Assembly: GCA_000146045.2 (NCBI GenBank)
Contig: BK006948.2
Span: 992,001-1,056,000 of the forward strand
From: TPA_inf: Saccharomyces
Lineage: Eukaryota
Length of the DNA: 64,000 nt
Direction: 5' to 3'
The notes below the pieces were generated by a model that did not search any database, had not been told where the DNA came from, and worked only from the letters and a program-made list of their open reading frames with translations. Positions within the stretch are counted from its first letter, which is position 1. The number at the start of each line of letters is the position of its first letter. Made by a program: the position numbers and the translations under genes. Below are positions 23,361 to 34,842 of the stretch, piece after piece.

Positions 23361-25652
23361 TTATTCGACCTTTTCCTTTGTTTCTTCCAAAACTTCTTCA
23401 ACTATCTCTTCGATGGTGGTAAAGTCATCGCTGGCATCTTCTGGTTGAACGTCAAAGATTTTGAAATTCATAGATTTTTCCATTTCTTGGCCAATTTTTT
23501 CTCTATATTCGGTCCATTGCTTCAATAATTCACGTTGGTGTAGAATCAAATCTCTCATGGCGGTGTCAGCTTCCATTGCATCTTGCTCTTCGAATTGGGC
23601 AGACCATTCCCTCAAGTTTTTCCTAACCTTTTTCCTTTCGGCGTTAGACAAAATGGAAGCTGGCCTTGGTCTCCAGGCAAAGTTCTTGAAGCCAGCAATG
23701 ATGTCTTCTTTAACTAAGTTACCAGCAATATTGAAAATTTTGTAACCATGCTCCACCTTGTGTTTCAAAGAACTTGACCATGCGGTAACGTATCTACCAG
23801 ATGGATCCCAAGTGATATTAGTAGCCGCAGAGTAGGTAGGATGAGCAACATCTTTCAAAGAAGCTGAAACATCATTATTGTCATTAATATTCTTTTCACC
23901 TGGATAGTCCATATCGTAAAATTGTAGGTCTGATCTACGCATGTTTGGACCCACTAAAGCACCTACAACCACAAATCTACCCGCTGGAGACCAAGAAACA
24001 GTGTTGGCAAAAGTTTTTGGAATTTCTTTGACCAAGCTCCATCTTTTAATTACGTCAGTCTTTTCTTTAGTTTCTGGAGCGTAAAATCTGATTGTATTTG
24101 CTGGGATAGCATAATTCATATCAGCTACTTCATGAACAGAAATTGTAACAAATCTATTTCCGTGGGGTTCCCAACCGAATTCAAAGACACTATCTTTCAA
24201 TTCAACCTTTTCAACTGGTATATCTCTTTCAGTCAACCTACAAATTTGTAGATTACTGAATTGAGTCTTACCAGACTTTGTGTGACGTTCGACATTGAAG
24301 CACAGGAACTCAGCTTGGTTTTGCCAGTGCAGAGTTACGTTGGAGACTTGAACTAAGTTAACGGTTTTTAGCACTCTACCGCGAGGAACTTCAGCAATGG
24401 TAGCAGTACAAGCGGAATTATTAGTCTCAGGAGTCCAATAAGCCAATAAAACAGAAGGCTCGTCACCGTTTCTGAATGGTTGTAATTTAACACCTTCTGG
24501 AGCAAATGAGAAATCTCTAATACCAGAAGGCTTCAAAGCCTTAGCTTCTAATGGCATGAAGTTTTTAGTAGCATCGTGAACTATTAAACTGTCTCCAACC
24601 ATACGAGCACAATATTTATCATTATAAGACCATCTAACTAAAGGCCATTTCAGATATGGGCTCTTTATCACTGGGAAAGTTGCCATCAACAGACCAGAAG
24701 CAATGTCCCAGATGCATAATTGATGACCCTCATTTTTCTTGGTAAATGGAGAGAATTCGTTATCTTCTTCTACAATGATTGGTTCCGTGGAGAAAGTGAC
24801 CAGGTACTTTTCATTCGGAGAGACGGAAGAGTTTCTTACATCTGGATGATAGAATCTTCTCAAACGATCGAAGTTTGGACCACCCCATGCAGTTACACCC
24901 TGTTGATGGTAAGAAAACAAATAGGTACCCTTTGGGGAGAATCTAACATAATTGGTAGACCAGTTCTCTCTAGATTCCACCAAAGAATCTTCTTCATTGA
25001 ACATAGAGTTCCAGAACACACTAGTCTTCACGTCATCTTGTAATACAAACTGATCTCTCACTTTGTCGTCCATTAACCAGGATTTTAAGGAACTAGATGG
25101 AACGAATGTAGGCATATCAGGCTCCCTGAATTCGGTGTCAAAGTCGTCAGAATTATATCTTTCAACATCTTTCATAGTATAAAGAAACAAACGATGTTTT
25201 AAATCCAGTCTTTTACCGTGGAAACTCTTGATAATTTTTTTAGCATCGTTCATTGAGCCACATTCCACGAAGAGAAAACCTTTCGTCTTACCAGTGGCTT
25301 CATCAATTGGAAATTCCATGTTAACAACTTTACCAGCTTTGGAAAACAAAGAAGTCAAAGCCTTTTTCAAAACAGGAACTTTGGCGGATGGGATGACTGG
25401 GGCACCATTAACGACGATGTACTGATCGAAATTGAATTCTTCAGTGACCTTGTATTGTTCTTCCAGGTCGGAAAAATCAATGTCGTCAACAGGGATGTCC
25501 TCTAGCTTAATGTCTTCGAAAGTCTCGGTAGTCATTTGAATTATCTTTGACCTTTTGAGCTGTGTGTTGCGAGATACTATACTATGTACTGAGATGTTAT
25601 TGAAATATAATTCGTAAATATTTTTCAATGTGCGTGGAAGAAAATTTTTCAT
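23361..25652 (-). CDS. PRT1: Translation initiation factor eIF3 subunit b (763 aa from the first ATG; a second in-frame ATG at 25533-25535 would give 724 aa)
   Basis: Track start at 25670 is TTG. RRM ([16 protein letters not shown]) and WD/beta-propeller region. Confidence 0.85.
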   Translation of the reverse strand: MKNFLPRTLKNIYELYFNNISVHSIVSRNTQLKRSKIIQMTTETFEDIKLEDIPVDDIDFSDLEEQYKVTEEFNFDQYIVVNGAPVIPSAKVPVLKKALTSLFSKAGKVVNMEFPIDEATGKTKGFLFVECGSMNDAKKIIKSFHGKRLDLKHRLFLYTMKDVERYNSDDFDTEFREPDMPTFVPSSSLKSWLMDDKVRDQFVLQDDVKTSVFWNSMFNEEDSLVESRENWSTNYVRFSPKGTYLFSYHQQGVTAWGGPNFDRLRRFYHPDVRNSSVSPNEKYLVTFSTEPIIVEEDNEFSPFTKKNEGHQLCIWDIASGLLMATFPVIKSPYLKWPLVRWSYNDKYCARMVGDSLIVHDATKNFMPLEAKALKPSGIRDFSFAPEGVKLQPFRNGDEPSVLLAYWTPETNNSACTATIAEVPRGRVLKTVNLVQVSNVTLHWQNQAEFLCFNVERHTKSGKTQFSNLQICRLTERDIPVEKVELKDSVFEFGWEPHGNRFVTISVHEVADMNYAIPANTIRFYAPETKEKTDVIKRWSLVKEIPKTFANTVSWSPAGRFVVVGALVGPNMRRSDLQFYDMDYPGEKNINDNNDVSASLKDVAHPTYSAATNITWDPSGRYVTAWSSSLKHKVEHGYKIFNIAGNLVKEDIIAGFKNFAWRPRPASILSNAERKKVRKNLREWSAQFEEQDAMEADTAMRDLILHQRELLKQWTEYREKIGQEMEKSMNFKIFDVQPEDASDDFTTIEEIVEEVLEETKEKVE

Positions 25653-25879
25653 TAGTTTCCCGCTATCCAAAATATGGAAAGGAGGGTAATAGGTGTCAGA
25701 AGAATAAAAGTATTAGGCGATCAAGTAATAATGATAAGATGGTGCACAATGAGAAGTTTATCTAGTTACGTAAAATGTAATGGAAGGTACTAAAATGTAT
25801 TTTTTGTTTCGCGGCGTTACACGTGAGTTCATATTATTTCAACTCTTTGGTTCTTCTTAACGTATTATCAGAATGTCAC

Positions 25880-26746
25880 CTATTCTAGGTGAATATCACC
25901 CTCTTGGTCAGTGGTAGCGTTTGCATTCGTAGCCACTGGAGCATTTTCATCATCACTGGACATGACGTTATCACTGTCATCTTCGTCCTCGTCATCATCG
26001 CCGTTAATTTCTTTTTGGGCAAAATCGATAGCTTCCTGTAGCAGATCGCCCTTAACGAACTTGTGCAGACCATTCGTTTCCGACAGTGAACACCAACTTA
26101 TTTCCAATTCAAAATCCTTTTCCTTGTTATCCTCGTGTGCCAAATAGATAATCTTTGCAGCTTGTTTAACGGCCTCTCTTGCTGAAAGACCTTCTGGATG
26201 ATGGTCAACTAATTTTTCCAATTCAGCCTTCGCAGATTGCCTACCTTTCCCAGTGGCAGCCCCCTTGTAGCCCCAATAAGAGCCACTTGGTTCCAACATG
26301 TAAAGATGAGCACCATTTTTATCTACACCACCAAAGATGGTACTGACCCCGAACGGTCTAACACTGTTGTATAAAGTGTGCGCCTGCACATATTGTCCTA
26401 AACGGTCTGCAAATGCAGGAATGGGAATGGGCGTTTTATACAGCTTTTTGAAGCTGGCGGCTTCTTCACGACCACGATTAACCAGGTGCCTACCATCAGG
26501 AATCAAACCTGAATAAACGCAACCGATGTGACGGTCTACGACTTGAATCTTGACATTTTTTTGTGGGACCAGCAGTTTAGACGTAATGAGCTTTTCCACT
26601 GCAAAGACTACACCGTCGTTACACTTTATACCGATTGATGTGGTACCGTTTTCGACTGCTTTGACGGCATACTCTACTTGGAAATTTCTACCATCGGGGG
26701 AAAAAACACTATTGGAAAGATCGTAACCAGTACCAATTGATGTCAT
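25880..26746 (-). CDS. PRE10: 20S proteasome alpha-7 subunit (288 aa)
   Basis: Proteasome alpha N-terminal signature YDLSNSVFSPDGRNFQVEYA. Acidic C-terminal tail. PACE element upstream. Confidence 0.9.
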   Translation of the reverse strand: MTSIGTGYDLSNSVFSPDGRNFQVEYAVKAVENGTTSIGIKCNDGVVFAVEKLITSKLLVPQKNVKIQVVDRHIGCVYSGLIPDGRHLVNRGREEAASFKKLYKTPIPIPAFADRLGQYVQAHTLYNSVRPFGVSTIFGGVDKNGAHLYMLEPSGSYWGYKGAATGKGRQSAKAELEKLVDHHPEGLSAREAVKQAAKIIYLAHEDNKEKDFELEISWCSLSETNGLHKFVKGDLLQEAIDFAQKEINGDDDEDEDDSDNVMSSDDENAPVATNANATTDQEGDIHLE

Positions 26747-26865
26747 TGCTGAAGAGTTATGCTTTTGTTAATTTGATGATGCGACGCTCGAATGTGTTTG
26801 AAAGCTTTACAACTGCACTACCAAATAAACCCTCTACCGCCACTATTACCACTTACTTTCTTATT

Positions 26866-26874
26866 TTTGCCACC
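26866..26874 (-). promoter_or_regulatory. PACE (Rpn4-binding GGTGGCAAA), about 120 bp upstream of PRE10
   Basis: + strand reads tttgccacc. Exact 9-mer. Confidence 0.6.
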
Positions 26875-28221
26875 GATTTAGAGGGGCGGCGAAATCTTCG
26901 TTAAACGTGATTTAGCTATCGGAACCCATTATAAATTGTGAGGAAGCTTACCAACTCATAAGTGGAATAAAGACACAGGCAACACTTTTCAGAAGCAATG
27001 TCAGCAATGATTCAGAAAAGTGACCCCATCAGGGTCGAAATCTGAGTGCTCAGATTATCTCTTCAAAGGGTAAATTACGGGTAGGACTACATATACAGAG
27101 AACTTCTGGGACCTGGGAAATACTGTTCTTTCTAGTGTGTATACATGGGAATAGCTGCATATTTCCAGACAGTTTAGATGTTACCTTTGTTTAAAGTTAG
27201 AGTATTTTTCACACCGATGATTACGAAGTCACACATTCGCATCCTGCGGTATTGTCATTGACAACGCGTAAAAAAACATATACTTAACGGAGGCCGAAGG
27301 AGATGAGAAACAATTGAAGAAAAGGAAAGGTAATATTTATTTAAATAGTCGTTTTCAAACCAAAGCCCAGCAATATTTTTCATCACGTCTAATTGGCAGG
27401 GAAAATAGTAGTACGAATACTTGATAGGATTGCAGAAGATCTTGTACATAAATGGCCTATTATAGAGAGTCACGCTGAACACGCGGCGGTAGCTTCAAAT
27501 CTTTCTCTGCATTAAGTTGCTAGAGCTTGGTCTGCCCATTATATGTTCACTACCATCAGAAATTGTGCCTATGATTGTCTATCTTCACTTTTTTTTTTTT
27601 TTTGAACTTCCAAGCTGGTCGTGCTGCTATATTTATTTATACGTGTGATTTCGTCTTGCTAACATTAACATTTTTCTTCTTAAAACACACAACGGCGAAA
27701 TGATTCGTATCACATGTTTTTCTATCGTCTGAGCTGTCAATGTTTTATAACCTAGACATTAAAAGTTATATAATTAAGGTGGGTTCGTCTTTGGAGGAGG
27801 TGCTTCCTTCTTGTTTAGGACTTTCATACTGGTAATGCTTTATAAGCACGGCCGTTGTTTTAGTTTCAGATCTTCCTATTGTAAATGGAATAAACTGGCG
27901 TTCCTACCGTGATGGCAGCGATATTACCTACCTTATATACTGCGCTTTTAACTTATGTATAATATATATATTAAATAAAATACAAAACAAAGTCTTGAAT
28001 TTCTTTTCTATCTCTGCAATAGTTGACATTATTTCCAGTCCCAATTCAATGCGCTATCAAAAGGCACCATAATTTACAGTATATTATTTGAGCCATATCT
28101 AAGCGGAAAGCTCACAAGTTCTTGTCATGATACAACCTGATAGAATAACTATGTCGACACTCTACCGTATTAGGCGCAATGAAGTGGCCGTATACATCTC
28201 AGGAAAACTGGAAAAGACTTC

Positions 28222-31212
28222 CTAGTCGTTCTGGAAAAGTAGGTCATAATCGAAGAAATCAAGGCTACCAAAAATATCGGGAACATCCATGGATATGTCC
28301 AAAGAAGACATGGGAGGGTCATAGTAGTTTTTAAAATTACTCGGTAACTTAACATTGTCATTGTTATTAATGTTCGAACCACTGTTATTGTAGTTATTGT
28401 TTATCGGCATAAAGTTTAGATTAGGAGCGGCACGGTTACTTTCACTCGAACCAATTGACGGAGGCATGTTTTCCTCATTATTTTGGTTACTAATATTGTG
28501 TGCTAAGCTATAAGTGGAGGCATTACCAACATTTGTAGGGTCATTTGAGCTGCTGTACGGTGGTACACTCTCATTTTCCACGCTGGAGTTGAGTAAAAGT
28601 TCAATTGTGGGTGTATTATCTTTCATGTTTGGTTTTGATGGATTCAGAGAATTTTGTGGGTCAGCAACACCGATGTTTTTTATTCTGTCAAATTCTTTGA
28701 TGATTTGGTATAATTGATCAAGGGTAAAGTTAACAGTGAGATTTTTGCCCTTTAGTCTATCAATTAAATGGTCAGACTTGTCCAAGTTAATTCCAAGTGT
28801 CAACTCCAACATTGTGGCAATTTTTTTGGTAGTCAAGTCTTTGTCTACTTTGACAAACAAACCAGAAAATAATTGACCTTTCCTCAGCCTTTGAATGAAT
28901 ACGTCAAACAAGGTCAACATCTTGAAAATGTAGAAATATTTAAATCTCAGGTTTTGGGACGCAAGTAAATATACTTCCAACAAAAGCCTCTCGAAGTTCT
29001 CCTTGATAGTGTCCAATGACTTTATTTTCTCCTTTATTTCTGGGAGGTCACTAATGTCACCTCTGGCATTGCATTCGTTACATTTGACCAGAAGCATATT
29101 TTTGGCCAGCTCTACCCGCATGATGATGACCAAAAGGGTAAACATCGTGGTAGGAACAGCCAATTGAATAACTTTTGTAGTGATGAAACAAACTAAAGAA
29201 GAAAGAACTTTCTCGTAACTGCCATTGAAATACAGGAAAAAAAATCTGATTAGGGAAATGGTGTCGGCACAACATTGAAAAAAATACTTATAGAAGAAGG
29301 ATAAGCATTCGCTTCTCTCCATTGCAAGTGTTTCAAAATATAACATCAGCGCTATTGAGGCCCTTAACATCATTAATTTACCCAAGATCTGGCCCGATAA
29401 ACTTATAGAATTCAAAATTGAATTGAACGTTAGTTTTTGAAATGTCTTCTCTTCGTCGTAGATGTTAATATCCACACTTCTTAGCTGAAATTTGTTTTTT
29501 AAAAGTTCATTGGCTTTAACGCGTAAAGTTTCTAGTGTATCCATTGGAACCGAACCACTGTATGAAATGGTTATATTATTCAAATCAGACAAGAATAATG
29601 CTAATTGAGCCCTATGGAAAAAAATCTCATGGATTTCGAGCAGTTGCTCATCCGATTCGGAACCTGTTAGATCCTTCTTAACCCTTTTTTTATAGATTTC
29701 TACACAATTGGGATCCCGAACGTCAATGAAAAGATCAATCATTGAAAGGGGTGAGACCAATAGTCTACCCTTCAGGCTTGACTCCAGAGTTGCCATAGAG
29801 ATAATTGATAGCCACTGTATCCTTCGTAAATTTAGCAGCCTTTTGTCTGAAGCTTCGGGGTGGTTCAAGGCTGGAAAGTCAGATGGGTCACGATGTAATC
29901 CGATAGACGTCCCTATTAGTATGACAAGGTTAATTATAACATCCGACGGTTGTTCTAACAGAAAATCACCCTCAGTTGGGGAAAAAACAAATGCACACCA
30001 GATATAGAGTAAGCATGAAATGGTATTTTCATTTGCACAAGCACACCAATTTTCCGATGCAAGTATCTGCTGCGCTAGGAAAATTACTTCGCTTTGAATC
30101 GGATATTGCTCTAGCATCTCTTTGGTAATATACGGACTGTAATCTTCAATCTTATCTTCTATAAATGTCAAAGAGATATACGCGATCCTCAAAATTAACA
30201 GTAAGATACACAGATTCTCCATTTTATTTCGTATAAGGGTTGTGCCCATCGATAGTCGTACCTCTCCTAATTCATTATACTGTACTGTTGTGTGAATTGA
30301 TTCCTCCAACATTTCCTTGCTGGCGAAAGGGATTAGGTGGAAAATATGCTCAAAGAAATGAGAGAGGTACTGTTCAATGATTGCCTTGGGAGGGAGCGTT
30401 TTCTCGATTTCATTGATGTAGCCTTTCAACAAATCAGAATAGTCGTTTTCGGTGGGGCATGTATCCTCTAAATATGACGATTCCCTGTTACTGTATAATA
30501 AAGAAATTACTTTATTTACCGCAATCTGTTCTTCAGGGTTCTTTCTCTGTAGTAGCCTGTCCGTAAACTCGTTAATGGATTTTCTTTGTGATTCGTATTT
30601 TGAGTTTTTCAATAGAACCTCTCTCATTTTTACAACGTTATTCTTTACGCATGGCTGTGTCCTCGACCTACTAATATCTGCATTTAAAGCAGGAATCATG
30701 GAGTTTCTGGAACAACTTAGAAGCACGGAGGCAATTAATGTCTTCAGAAAGGTATCTTGAAATATTAAGTACTTCTCAGATAAAGGGTTGATTTCTCTTT
30801 TCATCACTTTGGTCATAATCAATCTGGGATGAGTCTTATAAAGACTTATTGGAAAGCTATTTTCCTGCAAGCTTTTACATGTCCTTCTAGCAGCTAATTC
30901 TTCAGTCGGCCTTTTCAATGCAGTGTAGAAGTCTTTCTTTTCTTGAGTCAAATCCACGGTTTTATTTCTCCAGTAACGAATCTCCTTTTTCAGTCTCGCT
31001 ATGGTGGCATCCTTATTCGGATTCCTAGGGGCCGCCTGTCTGGCGACATCATATATACAAAAGAGGTTTTGTTTAGTACATCTGCCACATCTAGGTTTTT
31101 CCTGGTCACACTTCGTCTTTGCTTTTCTACAAGCTTGGCAAACAAAAGAAAGTCTATTCCTTTTTTTACCTACTCTATTCATTGCCGGTGATGATTCGTC
31201 TGTAAAGTACAT
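28222..31212 (-). CDS. PIP2: Zn2Cys6 oleate-activated transcription factor (996 aa)
   Basis: N-terminal CQACRKAKTKCDQEKPRCGRCTKQNLFC zinc cluster; 996 aa. ORE in its own promoter. Confidence 0.9.
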   Translation of the reverse strand: MYFTDESSPAMNRVGKKRNRLSFVCQACRKAKTKCDQEKPRCGRCTKQNLFCIYDVARQAAPRNPNKDATIARLKKEIRYWRNKTVDLTQEKKDFYTALKRPTEELAARRTCKSLQENSFPISLYKTHPRLIMTKVMKREINPLSEKYLIFQDTFLKTLIASVLLSCSRNSMIPALNADISRSRTQPCVKNNVVKMREVLLKNSKYESQRKSINEFTDRLLQRKNPEEQIAVNKVISLLYSNRESSYLEDTCPTENDYSDLLKGYINEIEKTLPPKAIIEQYLSHFFEHIFHLIPFASKEMLEESIHTTVQYNELGEVRLSMGTTLIRNKMENLCILLLILRIAYISLTFIEDKIEDYSPYITKEMLEQYPIQSEVIFLAQQILASENWCACANENTISCLLYIWCAFVFSPTEGDFLLEQPSDVIINLVILIGTSIGLHRDPSDFPALNHPEASDKRLLNLRRIQWLSIISMATLESSLKGRLLVSPLSMIDLFIDVRDPNCVEIYKKRVKKDLTGSESDEQLLEIHEIFFHRAQLALFLSDLNNITISYSGSVPMDTLETLRVKANELLKNKFQLRSVDINIYDEEKTFQKLTFNSILNSISLSGQILGKLMMLRASIALMLYFETLAMERSECLSFFYKYFFQCCADTISLIRFFFLYFNGSYEKVLSSLVCFITTKVIQLAVPTTMFTLLVIIMRVELAKNMLLVKCNECNARGDISDLPEIKEKIKSLDTIKENFERLLLEVYLLASQNLRFKYFYIFKMLTLFDVFIQRLRKGQLFSGLFVKVDKDLTTKKIATMLELTLGINLDKSDHLIDRLKGKNLTVNFTLDQLYQIIKEFDRIKNIGVADPQNSLNPSKPNMKDNTPTIELLLNSSVENESVPPYSSSNDPTNVGNASTYSLAHNISNQNNEENMPPSIGSSESNRAAPNLNFMPINNNYNNSGSNINNNDNVKLPSNFKNYYDPPMSSLDISMDVPDIFGSLDFFDYDLLFQND

Positions 31213-31347
31213 CTTTTATCGAAGAAATTTTGTTCAGCAAGATCAGAAAGTGATATTTCATCCGCTCTATACGTTTCAGTAGATTTTCTTTATCTGACCT
31301 CTATTAAGTCCTAACAACGCTTTATGTTTTCTTCGTTGGAGATACTC

Positions 31348-31368
31348 CGGAGATTATATTTAGTTCCG
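31348..31368. promoter_or_regulatory. Oleate response element CGG-N15-CCG (CGGAGATTATATTTAGTTCCG), about 140-155 bp upstream of PIP2
   Basis: Fits CGGN3TNAN9-12CCG on both strands. Confidence 0.55.
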
Positions 31369-31460
31369 AGATGGTCTTACAACCTTTCAAATTCCAAAAT
31401 CAGAAGAAATTTTGCAGGAAGGCAAATCCTACCGGACGTATTAGTCACGATTTTATTTAT

Positions 31461-33572
31461 TCACATATACAGATATTCACAGTTCGAATTTTGTTTACAA
31501 AGGTCAATCTTATTGATCTGCGGCTTTTGAATACCGTTGCATTCAAGAACGGCTTTCTTCATTTCGTGCAGTTCCGGGACCGATTCGTAAACCGCATCAT
31601 CATCCATTTCACCCTTCAAAAAGGATCGTCTTTGATCATCAATAGGTTTGTATCTTGTATCAGGGTGTTTGTAGTATATTGCCATCGTAAAGCATATCAA
31701 TATGAAAATGAAGAGATACAAAGAAAACGCTGCATTTAGAAAAAAGAAAATTAGTCCCATAAAAGAAGACACAGCTATGGGCTGCTGAAATAAGTTACTG
31801 AAAAATAAGAAAAAAAATGCGTTCACTAAATTCAGTGAATGGATACTAATATTGAAGAAGTTGGTTGTTTTATCCATGTAAGGTTGCATCCAGCACAAAA
31901 GGATGAGATAGATAGCTTCATTCAAAAAGATACCAATAGATTGAGATTTTCCGTGCGCTTGTAGAGAACCCACTAGTATAGACCTAATAAGCATGTGTGC
32001 AGAGGTCGCCATTAACCACCAGACTTTTGTAGACTTAAATTGAGAGGAAAGAAAGCCGAACTTGTTTAAGAATTTCGAGCTACTGAAGAGTAAATAGCTT
32101 GGCTGGCCAAATATTTTCTTAGACTTGATCATCTTCCTCCATATTCTTACGCTTGCGGATGATAACAAGACTGTAATCAAAATGAAAACAACGATTGCCT
32201 CCACTAAGGTAGCTGCTGAGTCTGTTTGAGTGAACTCCCAAAGTGCTAAAAGAGATATCTCAGAATAAATTATGAACACCGCTCGATATAGTGTCCCCTG
32301 TAAAAGTGCACTCCAATGTGTGTGGAAGTGTAAATATCTAATTGTCTTAACTTTAAACTTCTGAAGTACTTTCAAAAATGTTTTGAAGATAATAAACGCC
32401 AATATTATCATACAAATGAATATGATAAAGAAGGAAAATCCCGTTAAAAAGAAATTTGATATCTCAATTCCAGCTTTGTAAGACACCCTTTTAATACCTC
32501 TTAATACTAAAATTTTTGACAGATAGTCATTTGAATTTCTCAAATTTGAAGTGTATAATAAATCATTTTTTTGGGAACTTTCAATACCATTTAAATTACT
32601 TGACGCTGATATGATTTTACTGTTCAAGGATCTTTTTTGAACACTGATCGATAAAACTTCTTTATTGCGGTATACAACGGTGGGGGACCCAGATGTTGCG
32701 ACAACATACCAGTCAAATAACCGCTGCATAAAATTTATCCTTATTATTCCCATTGACCATTGGAAATTTTGAGTCCAAGCGGCGACAATAGGCGGTAAAA
32801 ATGATACACTAATCATAGCTAAAATAGCCAAATTTTGGAAATATAAAAGTAGCGATATTGAATAAGACGCCAGTCTTGTTGAAGTAACCGTATAACCTTG
32901 CAAAGAATAAACCACTGAAAACATAATTCCGGAAATTGTCAATATCACTAGATTCCACGATAAATACTCTGTTTGGACTGTTCTACCATTTGATAACATC
33001 ACTTGTACACATGCTAGAGGTTTGGTAAATTCTTTATCAATAGTGGAGTATGCTGTCACCACAATATATGCGTCTAAGTCAGGTATATTATATGTTATGC
33101 TTGGTATTTGGCTAGCTACCGCGGCCTCAACATAATAACTTCCCATGAGTTCTATATTTCCCGGCTTCAACGGACATAATAAATTATCTTGGATTCCACA
33201 TAGATCAAAAACTTTGGTATAAACATTGAGACCATATGCAATCAATTCTGCCTTGATGGTTATGTTTTCGCTCATAATTGTTTGTGCTTCAACATTAAAG
33301 AATAGAGTATTATTTCTCGGGAAAAAAGCAGCTTCGAAATACGATGCAGAAAACTGTGAGTCTTTAGCACAAGTCAACAGAGCCGAAGTCCTTAGATATT
33401 CTTTAGTATATGCATCAAATGGTACTGGGAATAGAGTCGATGCGTTGTTCAGTAGTGTAAAAGAGTTAGAAACCTGGAAAGTAGAGCTGTTAATGGAAAT
33501 AGCGTGTATTTGTCGGAAGATTGCTAGCAAAACAAAAATCCGAGATAAAGAGAAGACTTTAATGGGAAGCAT
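31461..33572 (-). CDS. YOR365C: Multi-pass membrane protein of the FLC/TRP-like family (703 aa)
   Basis: ATG at 33570-33572. Signal peptide plus many hydrophobic segments. Size and position match YOR365C. Confidence 0.7.
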
Positions 33573-34006
33573 ACTTATTCTCTTTACATCTATAAATCAG
33601 AGAGGTTAAATATTATTTAAAATAGCATTACGACTTTGCTTCATCATCCTTCCAAAATATTGACACTGCATCATTTTTTAAATGTGTCAGTAATTCGGGC
33701 ACAAAAATATAAATGGACCGCCATGAACTAAAGCTGTCGTCGATATGGATCGCTCCATAGCAGCATTATAAAAATTAAAAATGCATCAATACCATGCTAC
33801 AGTAATAACAAAATACAGCATGGATTACCACTACATATTCATCATGTCATGCATTATAGTTGTAACATATGCTGAACACCCATTCATCACGTGTAATTGG
33901 ACATCCGTGGAGTTCCAAAAGGAGTATAAACGCAAATAGTAAAGCTAAGATATAAGTAGTGTCTAAGTAAATGACTTCTTTGTAAGCGTACAGCTAAAGT
34001 TTACCG

Positions 34007-34609
34007 ATGAGTTACGATAAGAAGGCAGATGTCACATCCTTAGATGAAGATTTGAGACAACTAAGAGAAAGCAAATTTTCACCGGAAGCAATTCAAAATA
34101 TCAAAATATGGGTATATAAATCTGTCCTAAAAGAGATAGCTCCTCCTGGAGACTTATTGGAATGCTTGAAAGATGGAACAGTCCTATGTAAGCTGGCAAA
34201 TATTTTATATGAAGCAGACACAGGAGAAGCTAACCATATTAGTTGGAAGAGCTCTAAAATGCCATTTGTTCAAATGGATCAAATTTCCCAATTTTTATCA
34301 TTTTCGAGAAAATATGGTGTGCCTGAAGATGAACTGTTTCAGACAATTGATCTTTTTGAGAAAAAGGATCCTGCCATTGTTTTCCAAACGTTGAAGTCAC
34401 TATCTCGTTACGCCAACAAAAAACATACAGATAGATTTCCAGTTCTAGGACCACAACTGTCAACAAAGAAGCCAAGACCCCCGGTTAAGTCTAAACCAAA
34501 ACATCTACAAGATGGTACTGGATGGAGCACTTTTGAATACGGTTATATGAAAGGTGCATCTCAGGCTACTGAAGGAGTGGTGTTAGGACAACGGAGAGAT
34601 ATAGTTTAG
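34007..34609 (+). CDS. SCP1: Calponin/transgelin-like actin-bundling protein (200 aa)
   Basis: Calponin-homology domain. 200 aa. Matches YOR367W. Confidence 0.85.
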   Translation: MSYDKKADVTSLDEDLRQLRESKFSPEAIQNIKIWVYKSVLKEIAPPGDLLECLKDGTVLCKLANILYEADTGEANHISWKSSKMPFVQMDQISQFLSFSRKYGVPEDELFQTIDLFEKKDPAIVFQTLKSLSRYANKKHTDRFPVLGPQLSTKKPRPPVKSKPKHLQDGTGWSTFEYGYMKGASQATEGVVLGQRRDIV

Positions 34610-34842
34610 AGAATTATTATTAACACTTTCTCTGGCAGAAATTGATAAATAAACATTTAAGAACCCTATATACGCAACCAAAGTTCCTTTGATATATTTT
34701 AGTTTTCCATCAAAGTTTTCCTACATAAACACTAAGGTGGCTAGAGACGCGTAACAAAAGTTAACGTTACCGGTAAAAATGTGATTATACAAATCAATCT
34801 CACAGAACGGTGTGGAAACAAAGTAGTTGAAGGATTTCAACT

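Noticed and set aside
31371-33609. Small track ORFs overlapping or antisense to real genes, corresponding to positions of dubious SGD ORFs: 31371-31739 and 33226-33609 over YOR365C, 51191-51559 near GDH1, 59213-59488 over the RDR1 start, 56043-56375
   Set aside because: They are short, with no codon bias and no recognisable domains. They overlap conserved genes on the other strand or lie in promoters. Antisense ORFs are expected in long CDSs.
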